The notes under the pieces: model-generated
What the model saw: only the letters and a program-made list of their open reading frames with translations
The model's database searches: none
What the model was told of the DNA's origin: nothing
NCBI RefSeq assembly: GCF_964204865.1
Contig: NC_135252.1
Span: 4,464,001-4,528,000 of the forward strand
Reading direction: 5' to 3'
Length of the DNA: 64,000 bases
Source of the DNA: Styela clava
Lineage: Eukaryota
Shown here: positions 1 to 11,959 of the stretch, one piece after another
How the letters are laid out: every line of letters starts with the position of its first letter
Position numbering within the stretch: position 1 is the first letter of the stretch
Translations under genes and position numbers: made by a program

Positions 1-1463
1 TTGCCAACTGTTGACCGGTGTCTAATCCATCACCAACGGAAGAAGCTGACACAACATTCAATACATTTTTCTCCTCATGATGTATAAACGTGTTATAATT
101 AATCGTAATTTGTTGAGAAGTTTGGCCCTGAAATTCATGTGGATTAATATATGAGTGGTAGTTATGAGTGAAAATGCACGAAGAATTTAGGATATATAAA
201 ATACAAAATTTCTGATATTCGATATGACTATTTCAACAATCCAGATTAGCACTATTCAGATCCAGCACTATTCTTTTATCCTTCTCCAGACAGTTGGGAA
301 GCAATTACTCACCAGTGGGGAAACTCTGGAATAAACAGAGTGATGTGGGGAAATAGAACATGCGATCAGCAGCGGGGCATAACAGAATATTACTAACTTA
401 TATTTTGCTAAAATATTTTCTACTTCTGGTATCAATTCTTCAGTTTTGTAAGATTTTGTAGTTGGAATATTGATATACTGTAGCCATAGAGCAGATATCC
501 TTGATAGTTCCTTTCGATTTTCCAGTGATTTTTATTATCTTTCATTCAATCTAACCTGTGTTGAGTGTGATGACAAATGTTTATTCCTTTCAACAACACC
601 CTTACTCCAAAAATCAATTATCACACTGACAAGTTCAATTTTTGTGCATTTTGGATTAATTCCGCCAACATTCTTCGAATGCAAATATTGAAATAAAATT
701 TCATGTTTCAGCTTCTTACGATTTAGCAATTCTTCAACAGTTTTGGAATATGTCAAAATCGCAACAATGGCTTCTGAAAGATAAAATTGTAAATAAGATA
801 TTGTAATCCATTAACTTATTCATAAATGGACAGAATCTTTCCAGTTTGGTATAGCATAACAAGCTCAAAACATCATGGGGTTGGAACATGGAATTTTTAA
901 CCCACAAAGAAAGCATATACCGTATATTTAATATGTATAGAGACATCTCGAGAGTAACAGTGACATATTTAAATTTTCAAAGATGACAGAATACACATTA
1001 ACTGCTGAATTTGGAAACACACAAAGTTATTTTTGATTATTATGTGAAAAAACCCATATAAATAACTTAGTCTTTTTTGGCATGATTTGACGTAATAATC
1101 TGTGGATAATGTGCTTTGGTGAGATTATTTTGAATGTATTGCTATAATGATTTCAGAATATCTATGCCAATGCAAACCAGTGTACTTTCCTGTTTGGCAA
1201 GCTGTTAGTGTTTAGTTTTGAACTCAGTAATGGTTTCATGCAACTGCATTATTATTAGCAGAATTGGATTCCGATTACAAAATAATGACTGAATCGAAAC
1301 AATCACAACTCGAAAAAGTTGAAACAAATGTAAAATGAATACCTTCTGTGTTAGTAGACGCAATAAGCTTGTTGGTGACTGTATCACACAGACCAATCAA
1401 TTCATGTTGTGGAAGCATTCGTAATAATTCCACACATCCTTGTTTTTGCCTTCCTGTGATCAT
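1..1463 (-). CDS. C3orf38: C3orf38-like uncharacterised protein, 5' part (continues beyond the left edge)
   Basis: Exons 1463-1343, 773-556, 477-398, 325-313 (microexon) and 127-1 are GT-AG and in frame. MITGRQKQGCVELLRMLPQHELIGLCDTVTNKLI...AIVAILTYSKTVEELLNRKKLKHEILFQYL resembles the remembered C3orf38 N-terminus ([53 protein letters not shown]). Confidence 0.8.
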
Positions 1464-1595
1464 TTTCTGTTCACAAATCCTTCAATATTTCATCATATAA
1501 ATACCCCTGTTTGAATTTAAAGCCGGACTGGAAATTAAAATGACCCACAAATAATAGAATCAAGCACTTGCAGACTTGGATAAGGCAATAATAAA

Positions 1596-1930
1596 GCGCG
1601 GCGGTGTGGCTCATCGTGTTAGAAATACGCTCGCCACCGCACCTCTGATTACTTTGCGTGGGTTCGCAGTTCGAATCCCATGCGGGATGGTTATGTGCGA
1701 GAGGATTGTTGGACTCCTCGCCGCCATAGGGTGGTTCACGTAACTTACCACTGGTCGGTTACGGCTTCCTACCATCATGTCCATGCTTCCGAAAACAAAT
1801 ACCTAACTAATTCCTTACCCGACATGCTGACATGGAATGGTAACGGGACGAGAGGCCGTGGTTCGCCATATGGTTAAGCCGGCTTATCGACTTTCCTTCT
1901 CCCCCGGGATAAATATGTAAATCCTTATCC
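1596..1930 (+). mobile_element. tRNA-derived SINE, full-length copy
   Basis: A-box-like TGGCTCA.., B-box GTTCGAATCC, central GC-rich domain and a 3' tail ending in ATCCT units. Colinear with the copy at 58099-58440. Confidence 0.85.
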
Positions 1931-2577
1931 CAATACTGTAATACCTGAATTAGTGAATACCGGTACCGGTAATGTACCGTAATAGAAATCTCATCTGAAC
2001 TACGGTAGGTATACCGGTACAACATATGCGTCATAAGCTATAACAGATATTTTTACTGTACTTATAGCTGCTAGAACTGATATAGACTATAAACAAATGT
2101 GCATTTAATACATGTGCATATATCAGTATCTATTGATACTTAAATTATGAAGAAATCAAATTTCACTTTTTCCAAGTTTAAAAATCAAGTATGTACCGGT
2201 AGTTACACGATTCCCGACGAGCAGAAAAATCTAATTCACACCACTGCTATAAAACTTTAATCTAGTTTTATCTAATAATTATTTGTTGTTTAAAATAACA
2301 CAAAATTCTATTTCATACGTATTTCAGTTGCAATGGCTCCAACTTTTTCAACTGATTTGTGACTGTATCACGAATATTTCTGGCAACCATTTGTACAAGT
2401 ATATTTTCAGGGGAAGTCCCGATTGTCACAAAGTAAACAAAAATGTCCTGACTAAGCTCGCAGTCACGCGCACATCATCGCTTACTGACATTTGCAGATT
2501 TGGGCTCGCATAGGTATTTCAGTGCCTTACGTACCGCATAAGAAAGAGATAACTACGGGAAAACATATGGAAATAAT

Positions 2578-4243
2578 ATGGCATCCAAAACTGAACTGAC
2601 GTATCGATTGCTAACAGACGAAGACTTGGATAGAGTAATAAAATTCATACAAACACATTTCATTCCCTTCGAACCTTTGAGCGCTGCTGCAAATGTCAAA
2701 GCAGAAGAAGAAAAGGAATTTCCCCACATTTTAATCAAGGTTTGAATATCACTTTTTCAACAAAATTTTAATAGCCATTTACAGTTGAATTACTTTGAGT
2801 TAATAATAGCAATTTTGCAACCTCACATTTCTGTTCTGACATTTTTGTGTGCTCGAATAAATAGCCTCTTATTTTAACTATCTCAGGTATCGTTAACATA
2901 CCATCATTTGCAAATAGAACTGTTTTGTGTAGCTTGCTGCAGTGAGTCTAATAGGTAATTACCAACAGAAATTTCTGAAGACTTAATTTGAAGTGTTTTT
3001 GTATTTAGCAAAATTCAGGAAAAAAAATCTTGGACCTTTCAAGATAACACATGGATGGTTACGATACTTATTCACAGAAATTAATGTTTTGTAATAAAAA
3101 AAAGTCTCAGAATATGAACTCAACCAACTCTGTCTTACAAAAAAGCCGTGAAATTTGCAATCAGAATCCAAAAATCAGGATAGAACTTTTGACCATTAGA
3201 ATTATATTTTTAATGAACAAATTATGTATATCAACCCATGGTGAGCTTTAGTCATGGTGAGCTAATGGTGGTCTTGTATAATTTGTAAATTTTAGAAATT
3301 CATTGACCAGTTGACTCATCTTGTCACAGAATTCACTTTGGCAGGCTGCCAGCATTGGGGCGTTTGATAATTCTACTGGTGAACTATGTGCTGTTCGAGT
3401 CAATAGTCTTGGAAAGAACAATGATCGACTTGTGCCAGAAGACGAAAGCATGTCGACTGCTAAAATGCATAAAGTCCAACGTGTATGATTATTGATTGGT
3501 ATTGTCCAACTTTAAATTTGTCTGATTTGTTTATGTTAAGCCAAGCCTAGCAATGTTTTAATCATTGAACATTATTTTTTACCAAGTTGTTTTGGAGGTA
3601 TATGTATAAGTAAACATTATATTGATGGCAATATAGAATGATTTACTTTATAAACAGCTTATACCTTTGTGATATTTACATTGACTTTTATGTTTAGATT
3701 TTAAGAGCTATCAAAGGAGGCATGTTGAAAAATGTAGTCGGAACTGAAAATTACATGGAACATATATTCGTATCTGTCAACCAAGCCTATGCAAAAAGAG
3801 GAATAGCAACAGAATTGTACAGAAGGTAAGCAAGTTGTTTGGGAATGATCCTGCTAGTATCATTTTTGTGAAATTTAATTAATAAAATAACACTAATATA
3901 AACACTATCAGGTTGAACAATGATATTGTATAAAATACGGCTTCAAGTTGATTCAATCTACCGGAAGAGAATCAACATCTGGTATAACTAATTTTTCGAC
4001 ATTTATTCTCCTTTGCAATTTTCCTCAATTAGGTCTGAATTACTAGCTAATCAACATGGATGCAAGAAACTCATTGCAATTTGCTCAAACAGCTATACGA
4101 GACGTAGCACAGAAAAAATTGGGTACAAGTTAATCAATGAGATCAAGTATGATAATTATATTGATGAGGTAACTGGTGAGAAGCCTTTTGCCAACATGAA
4201 AACACCTCATTCGACAATATCTCTTGTTGTAAAAACACTGTAA
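2578..4243 (+). CDS. GNAT N-acetyltransferase, insect aaNAT/dopamine N-acetyltransferase-like, paralog 1
   Basis: Exons 2578-2739, 3330-3482, 3698-3825, 4033-4243. MASKTELTYRLLTDEDLDRVIKFIQTHFIPFEPLS (F..EPL motif); acetyl-CoA motif VSVNQAYAKRGIATELY; C-terminal SNSYTRRSTEKIGYKLINEIKYDNY...PH typical of iaaNAT-like proteins. Confidence 0.85.
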
Positions 4244-5289
4244 TTAATGTAATATTAATGGTAGGCTATATATCAAATTAATTTAAACTAATAATTTTTA
4301 CTAGCAAAGCAACTGAAGCTGATTTGTGGTTGTGTGAACTCAACATGTTTAATCAATACATTTGAATCTGTAAGCAACATCAGAATAATAATACAACTTA
4401 TAATTAATACCAGGTCCGCTGTATGAACAATTGTAAAGCACTGTATCATAATATTTCAATGTATGCAGAGTAGTAAATCGAACTTCCTTGGTTTTGGTGA
4501 CCACATATTTACTTTCATACCACGTGCATATTTTCACTTTAATGTAGCAAAGTTTCACTTCTTCCATTTCATATTCACATTTTGATATTGTGCTTGCGAT
4601 ATTTTATTGCGTTTCTTCAGAATTACAAATTTATTTAACTACCTAATTTATTTACATGATTGCGATATCTATTGCACTGTATTCTTGATTCCCGTTTTCA
4701 TCATAATATTGCTTGATTTTTGCGATGATCTTCAGCTTTACCTATCATATTATAATTTAATCATTTATATATAGTATTTTAACACATTTAATAACAAATA
4801 AATAAACCTAATAATATTAAACTAAAATGCTAAGTGTCGGCACAAAATTAGTGTGATGGGGTTGAGGAACATTAGTGTTATAATCAATATATGTGTTGAA
4901 AATGCAGCTCTTACCGCACTTTTCACCATACTGCTTTCGTATATATATGTTCCGACAGGTTCGGCCCAATATTCTTGAGTAGGTGGGTGCATGATATTGG
5001 GATAGGATTTACATATATTTATCACGTTTTAAAGCTTTTTTATAGTAGATTTTGCGCGCTCTTTTGAATAGTTAGTTAACCCATGCAATTCCGCTGAGCA
5101 TATTCCCTAAATTTCAGTTCTATCGATCAATCCAACAATCATATATTTTTGCTCCTCTGCACCACACACGACAACACCTAACACAAAAAATTCAAACAAG
5201 TGAACAAGGGGCAGAAAAAACAAGGAAGGATGAGCATAACCTAAAATAAGGTTGAAAACGTACATGGATACGCGCTTACCCACCTGGAA

Positions 5290-5492
5290 GAAAAACAACA
5301 ACAAATGGAGTGGAACATATTTGTATTTGGATTAACAGGGCAGCGGAATAGTGGCCCTTTAAGGCACCCGATTGACGGGAAAATTCACACTACCACATTA
5401 AATTTAAACATATAAAAACAACAACAAAAGGAGTGAAACATATTGGTATCAAGATTAACAGGGGCAGCGGAATAGTGGCCATTTGGGGCACC
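5290..5492. repeat. ~125-bp-period imperfect tandem duplication
   Basis: AAAAACAACAACAAATGGAGTGGAACATATT...GATTAACAGGGCAGCGGAATAGTGGCC...GGCACC occurs at ~5291 and ~5414. Confidence 0.8.
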
Positions 5493-6211
5493 TTGCTTTT
5501 ACTGGCCCGATTGGAAGGAGGATTCTCAATATGACGATAAATGCATTCATTTTATTAACTACGTAAGCACGCCCCGGATGCTGGTATGAAATACTATACA
5601 ACATCGCCCCTCGCAAATAACGCTACTTAAATTCCCCAGCTTGCATCGAATTCATTGCATACCGTGGCTGGGCTAGCTACAAAATCCAGCGGCGATCTAA
5701 CCGTATCTGTGTCTGGTGCATGAAGAACCTCTTGTACTTGTAGATAAATGAACAAGATAAGTAATTGCTATAAAAATGACAACGCACATGCAAATAATTG
5801 CGCGAGTATCGTATTTCCCAAATAGATGCATTTAGCGCAATGAACATCGAAGAATGGGTCAATGCAATACGATTTTAACAGGAAAACTAGAGAGTAACGC
5901 TCAAATATATGTACACGAAAGTGTTTCAGGGGTTTCAGCATAGTATAAAATTTTACAAAATAAAACAGCAAAAAAGTGAGTTGAATAATAATAACTATGG
6001 GGCTTAGAGAATAAGTGAAATTAATTCAACCTAGCTTCAATAATTTTTGAGCGAAAATTTTGAATTTAATGTTTGCGAGAGAATCGAGTTGTTCTCAATG
6101 CGACGACACCACCAATTTAGCAAAACGTTGCTGCGTTAGTTCGAAGATGTGGAGTGGAGGTGATTACATGACTATGGGGAAATTTCCACCAGTTCGTTTG
6201 CAGTGAGAGGC

Positions 6212-6258
6212 GGACAACTCGCCTACATGGACAACTCGCCTACATGGACAACTCGCTT
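6212..6258. repeat. 17-bp tandem repeat (GGACAACTCGCCTACAT), ~2.7 copies
   Basis: Directly visible. Confidence 0.9.
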
Positions 6259-6726
6259 GACACAACCTCCTACCGAGAGGGTGATTCAATGGATGTCTCC
6301 GAGCATATATTTTCGTAACAATGACCAATCAGCAACGAGTCAACGATGACGTTGTGTAGTCGCCCAGATATTTTTTTTTTTTTCAGGCAGATATGCAAGT
6401 ATGATTGTAAAAATTCAGACATTGGCTCGTTATCGCGGTTTTGCGTGTTATTTACGTGTCAGTTTTCAGCGTGTTTACAAAAATTAGATGTAAATCAAAT
6501 AACTTAATTGTCATTCTGTCCTCCGAGGAGCTTTAGATTAGTTGCAAAAATCGAAAATTAGTCCCGAAACAGCTGCGATGCACCAGGCTAGCGTTTCTCA
6601 AACTGTGTTTCGCAGAACACTGCTGTTGCACATTCGCAGAAAGAGCTCCTCCTATATATATCATTTCAACATTTCTATTACGATACACATTATTGGGTGA
6701 AGGTACAACAATATGCTAAGGACGAA

Positions 6727-6949
6727 CCCAACCAGAGTCAAGTTTCATTGTCTTGGCGGCCAAAAGTACCGCACTAAGTCACCAGCATGGAAAGTTGTAG
6801 GACACACATTAGCATCAAAATTCTTTTTATATCTAACAGTGGTTTTCTGCAATTGTCGACGAGCCAACTAAAATGACTCTTCAGTTAGGCTACATCAGAA
6901 AACCATAGTACTAAATCATGATACCATTTGGGCATAAATTTGCTAGGAG
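6727..6949. repeat. ~220-bp segment duplicated at 7888-8106
   Basis: ACCCAACCAGAGTCAAGTTTCATTGTCTTGGCGGCC...GGCATAAATTTGCTAGGAG is near-identical at both sites. Confidence 0.95.
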
Positions 6950-7036
6950 GTTTGTCGAACATTAAATCTATGAGTAGAGCGATTTCTCTTCCTAGCATCA
7001 ATTTGTTTGGAGTAAAATTATTAGATACATCTAGAA

Positions 7037-7110
7037 CAGTGGTTCCCAAACTGTTTAGAGCTGGGACCCACTATTTATTACCACAGCTTATTGCGACCCA
7101 TTTAACTTTT
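7037..7110 (+). mobile_element. hAT (Charlie-like) MITE left-end remnant
   Basis: CAGTGGTTCCCAAACT terminus preceded by TCTAGAA, with GACCCA subterminal motifs. No matching right end found. Confidence 0.5.
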
Positions 7111-7156
7111 TATGACATAACACAGAACACAGCAATGGCTAATCATCGCAAAACTA

Positions 7157-7515
7157 CCGTGTTACCTCGAAAATAAGACCTGGCCTGGAAATAATAAATA
7201 ATTTGTATTTCAAAATTGATTTAAATAAACCCTACCCTTATAAGAAATTTAAAATGTGTGGGTGAGGGAAGGTTCAATGACCTGAGGTAAGGTGAAGATC
7301 ACACCACTATTCAAGATTGTGTGATCCACAATCACAATTATGATATTTGTCACTTGATTTTTGTAAAGGAAATACAAATAAAAAAACAATGGATGTCTGT
7401 ATTTATCTAATGTTTATTAAAAAATCTCGTGATTTTCTACAATGTAATTTTATTTTTGATAAATGAACACAAAAGACCTCTTCCAAAAAAAAGGTGTTAT
7501 TCTTCAGAAGAAAAT
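7157..7515 (+). mobile_element. Tc1/mariner (Tc2/pogo-like) MITE remnant with a CCG terminus
   Basis: TA|CCGTGTTACCTCGAAAATAAGACC left end. Degenerate GGTGTTATTCTTCAGAAG right end near 7492-7510. Confidence 0.4.
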
Positions 7516-7822
7516 AAATCTAAATCCTGTCTAAATTTCGGGAAAAAGCCGTTAGAAGTGCTGTACAGTGTACAAAACTGCTATGCATAAAAAGCCACAT
7601 GGTCATTCTTTGTGTAGCAAATTTTTGTTTCTTTGAGAAGATCGTAAAAAGGAAACTTTCACAGATTAGAATAAATTAAATTTCATTTTTTTTAAGATTT
7701 ACGTATTCGAGTTGCCACCGATCCTATTTAATAACCAGTATAATTAATAATGATTTTATGATAAACGTACAAGACAGTCGTCACGCTTGGCGGATCAAAG
7801 CACATAAAAATTAAAATATAGC

Positions 7823-8410
7823 GAAGTTTTGAATGAAATATCAGATCTCATAGGGTTCATAGAAAATCAGTAATAAATAAAAGTAGGACCCAACCAGAGT
7901 CAAGTTTCATTGTCTTGGCGGCCAAAAGTACCGCACTAAGTCACCAGCATGGAAAGTTGTAGGACACACATTAGCATCAAAATTCTTTTTATATCTAACA
8001 GCGGTTTTCTGCAATTGTCGAAGAGCCAACTAAGATGACTCTTCTATTACATCAGAAAACCATAGTACTAAATCATGATACCATTTGGGCATAAATTTGC
8101 TAGGAGCCTACTAGCGAAAAATACAATCTTTACACACTGAAATTTTTTAAAGCAATTGGTCCATTAGTGAAGTTTTGAATAAAATATCAGATTTCATAGG
8201 GTTCATAGAAAAATCAGTAATAAATAAAAGTAGGACTAACAGACTACTAGCGAAAAATACAATCTTTAAACACTGAAATTTTTTAAAGCAATTAGACCAT
8301 TAGTGAATGAGAAAAGCATTTTTTTCATAACAACAAGAAGAAAAATACCATCTAATGCAACAACAACATAATAGGAAAAACGATACATATGTCCATTTCG
8401 TGCCCAACAA
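7823..8410 (+). mobile_element. Helentron/HINE-like element with ~137-bp tandem core units
   Basis: GAAGTTTTGAAT...GTAGGAC occurs at 7823 and 8168; CTACTAGCGAAAAATACAATCTTTA...CCATTAGTGAA at 8108 and 8243. The 3' end (CAACAAC run, ATGTCCA..CGTGCCCAA) is shared with 36455-36588. Confidence 0.5.
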
Positions 8411-8639
8411 CATATTAGCTAAACGATCTTTAGATGTAGCATACATCTCGTGCCCATCAAATAAATCCGTGTCACAAATTACAAAACGGATATGTAATTG
8501 TAGTGCATTCGAGAGAGGCGATAGTGTAGTCGCATATAAGCGTAACCAAAGTGACTTTAATATAGTCAGTTTGAGCCAATGAGCATGCTTTGAGCGTAAC
8601 GAGAGAACAGCGTAACATAAAAACAAACGAACAAAAGCG

Positions 8640-9091
8640 GGGTCTCGTGTAGTTTCGTACCTAAGGTACTTCTAGTAGGCGTAGCATAACAATTTTTTGA
8701 CATGCCAATCCTAACCCTCACCTGTCTACGCCATCCAAAAATTACGTCACTACGACGTCACAATCACGTCATAGAGCTCGCCAAATTCTCGTACGATCGC
8801 CCGAAATGGCATCGGCGCCGACGATAAAGAACTGACTAACGTCAGCGATCTCTCTCCTATCGGGATCGTTGCGACGAGAAAACGAGAGAAATGGCTGTTC
8901 GATTTCGGGTTCTCGTCTGCGCGTCTTGGATGACAGTTCGCATAGTTTGAAGGGCTCTATTACGTCACTCTGATGTCGTAGTGACGTAATTTTTGGATGG
9001 TGTGGTCAGGTGGGGGTTAGGATTGACACGTGGAAAAATTGTTATGCTACGCCCACTAGAACTATGTTAGATACGAAACTACATGAGACCC
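8640..9091. mobile_element. Palindromic MITE (~450 bp, ~140-bp imperfect TIRs)
   Basis: GGGTCTCGTGTAGTTTCGTACCTAA ... TTAGATACGAAACTACATGAGACCC. Flanks CAAAAGCG/AAAAAGCG (8-bp TSD, one mismatch). Related copies at 38352-38811 and ~27336-27560. Confidence 0.9.
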
Positions 9092-9217
9092 AAAAAGCGT
9101 AAGCTAACTAGATTTTAACTAGTACAGTGATGTAAATCATCTCCACTCTACAGCTTCGAAGTTCGAACTAGTCAGCATTTGCAATTACTGAATTAGGATC
9201 GTGCGCTAAAAAGCACC

Positions 9218-11600
9218 ATGTCAGATGAGGTGCTATCCGTCACCGTTACAGCTCCCACTAACATCGCAATTGTGAAATATTGGGGAAAACGTTGTACGAA
9301 ATTCAACTTGCCAATCAACTCTTCCTTGAGTGCTACTTTGAGTCAAGTAGGTATAAAAGTTCCTGATTTTTAAATTGTGAATGCCATGTACCAGCAAAAT
9401 GGCATATCATATGATATATCTTACTTTGTTTTCTATTTGTATCCAATGTCTAACTATTGTGGTCTGTCCGTTGCCACGAAAAATCAATCAAACATGATTG
9501 ATCGTAATAATTTCATCACATCAATATAGCGCAAGATACCACAGCGACCACACTTTTATTTCAGTATTTTGGGAAGTGATTATTTTTAACATTCATGCCC
9601 GAAGGATTCATCAGTTGTCCGAATTGTACTAACGCTGGTTGAACTGAAAACCCTCTCAGATAGCTGGATAGTTCAAAAATTTTCTCTCTCAGTGGCACAC
9701 CTCATTGTTCATAATACAAGTGAGTAAAAAGACCTCAGACCCACATAGGGTTATTGGAAGTTTGCTCCTATAAGACAGTAAGAGATGGTGTAAATCTTCG
9801 CTGAGTGAGTAAGCTAACGGCTTAGCATTAGTATACTCGGAATACATATGGCTTTTTATTATGTTTAGGACCAATTAAAAACTACAACAAGAATTGAAAC
9901 ATCACCTACTTTTGAAGAGGATGAGGTTTGGCTACATGGAAAGGAGCAAGATATTCAAAAAAATCAAAGACTCCTCAACTGCTTCAACAATGTGAGCGTA
10001 TAATAAATTTGTAAGACGACGCTGAGTAGAAGCATGTTTTCATAATTTTTTTATGGTTCATGTCTATACTATCTTAACTAATGATATCTGCTGAGTAACA
10101 GATGCAAATTGAGCCCACTGATCTGGAATATATACTGATTTGACAACTTTGTACATTCAAATGACCAACAATATATTTCAACCAGTTTCAAACAACTACT
10201 TTATGTGCAATGTTCAATTCTCAAGGCAGGAAATAAAGAGTGCTCAGTGAGCTGGGGTCAGTTTCATAGCAATTGCTCAATCCCATATCCGTATTTTTTC
10301 TTCATCGCACTCTTGTCAAAAATTGAAGGCTTTTGCTATGCATATTAAAAATATAACCTACCATTTGTGGTGACTTTAGATTCGTAGACTTGCCAGAAAA
10401 CAAGCAATATCTGGAGGTGAAGGATCAGCAGACCAGATTAAATTTTACAGTCAAAAGGTTCAAGTTCATACCGAAAACAATTTTCCTACAGCTGCTGGCT
10501 TAGCATCTTCTGCTTCAGGCTATGCAGCGCTTGTATTCGGACTTGGGACGTTGTTTAAAGTTCAGGGAGATTTGACATCAATTGCTCGTCAAGGTTCTGG
10601 AAGTGCTTGCAGGTTAATTGTTTTAGAATTAATTTTTCGACTTTTGCTTTAAATTAAAATTGCAACAATTTGGATTTATGAAATGAAGTTCTTGCATATT
10701 AAAATAAATGTAGGAGGTATGTTGGAACATAGAACTCAACGATTTTTTCCCAGAAACCAAAAAGGCTCGAATCATCAGCGATCATTAGTAATTATATATA
10801 TATTACTATCAATATTAGAAATATATACGGATCAATTTTATTGATTTCTAGAGATCTTTTTTTTGTAATATTAATGAAGTCTCAATGGGAACATAGATTA
10901 TTATTGTATCTTGTTTAGGAGCTTACATGGTGGATTTGTTGAATGGCAGATGGGGGAACAGTCGGATGGTGAAGACTCTATCGGTGTGCAGATAGCACCA
11001 GAATCTCACTGGCCTGAACTACGGATCATTGTACTAGTTGTAAATGATGCAAGGAAAAAAGTTGGCAGCACTGAAGGAATGCAATCCAGCGTTCAGACTT
11101 CTACTTTACTTCAATATAGATCAGAAAAAATTGTAGATGAGCGAATAAAACAAGCGAAGAGAGCAATTATTGACAAAGATTTTTCTCTGCTTGCAGAAAT
11201 AATCATGAAAGAGAGCAATCAACTTCATGCTGTCTGTCTGGACTCCTTTCCCCCTCTGCATTATTTGTCGAACGAATCCCACACAATAATGGATTTAGTG
11301 CATGCGTATAACAAAGCCACTGGTTGCACAAGGCTAGCATATACGTTTGATGCAGGTCCCAATGCTTGCTTATTTACAATGTCTACTTTTGTTAATGAGG
11401 TTGCATGGTTAATTGAACATTATTTTCCAGTGGAAAATGGAAATAAGATTTTCAGAGGGTTGGAAGTTGATCCTGTATCACCAGGAGATGAAGTTCTCAA
11501 TAAACTGGACATGGAGATTAATCCCAATGTGATAAAGTATGCTATTCATACTAGATTAGGACATCCTCCAAAAATTGAGTCGGCAGTTAATGTGTCTTAG
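9218..11600 (+). CDS. MVD: Diphosphomevalonate decarboxylase
   Basis: Exons 9218-9346, 9869-9991, 10380-10612, 10919-11600. Motifs [29 protein letters not shown] (GHMP P-loop), [20 protein letters not shown]. Confidence 0.97.
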
Positions 11601-11959
11601 CAGTGACTAATGAAATATGCTCGTCAAATACACCACTGATGATAGAATGTGATAATCCATGTTGGTGCATGGATGAAACCACTTTTTCACATATAGAGTA
11701 TAAAGTTTTTTTTGTTTCCAGGAGATTTGACTGATACATATTGATGTCTTCTCATCACTAAATTGTTAACCAGTGTCTGACATACTTTGAATTTGTAGTA
11801 CATCACAAAATAAGCATGCAAGAACATAGTTTTTCTTTTTGCACTGTATTTTCAACACCTCTGAAATTGCATTCAGAGAAAACAAAATCCGTTCATATCA
11901 GCTTATGAAGTTAAAATATCTTTACCAGGAGACAACCTACCATTATATAATTTTGAAAT

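Noticed and set aside
1596-1690. Functional tRNA gene
   Set aside because: A and B boxes are present but there is no clean cloverleaf, and the sequence continues into a multicopy SINE body.
6212-6258. CRISPR-like repeat
   Set aside because: Head-to-tail repeats without spacers, in a eukaryotic context with no cas genes.
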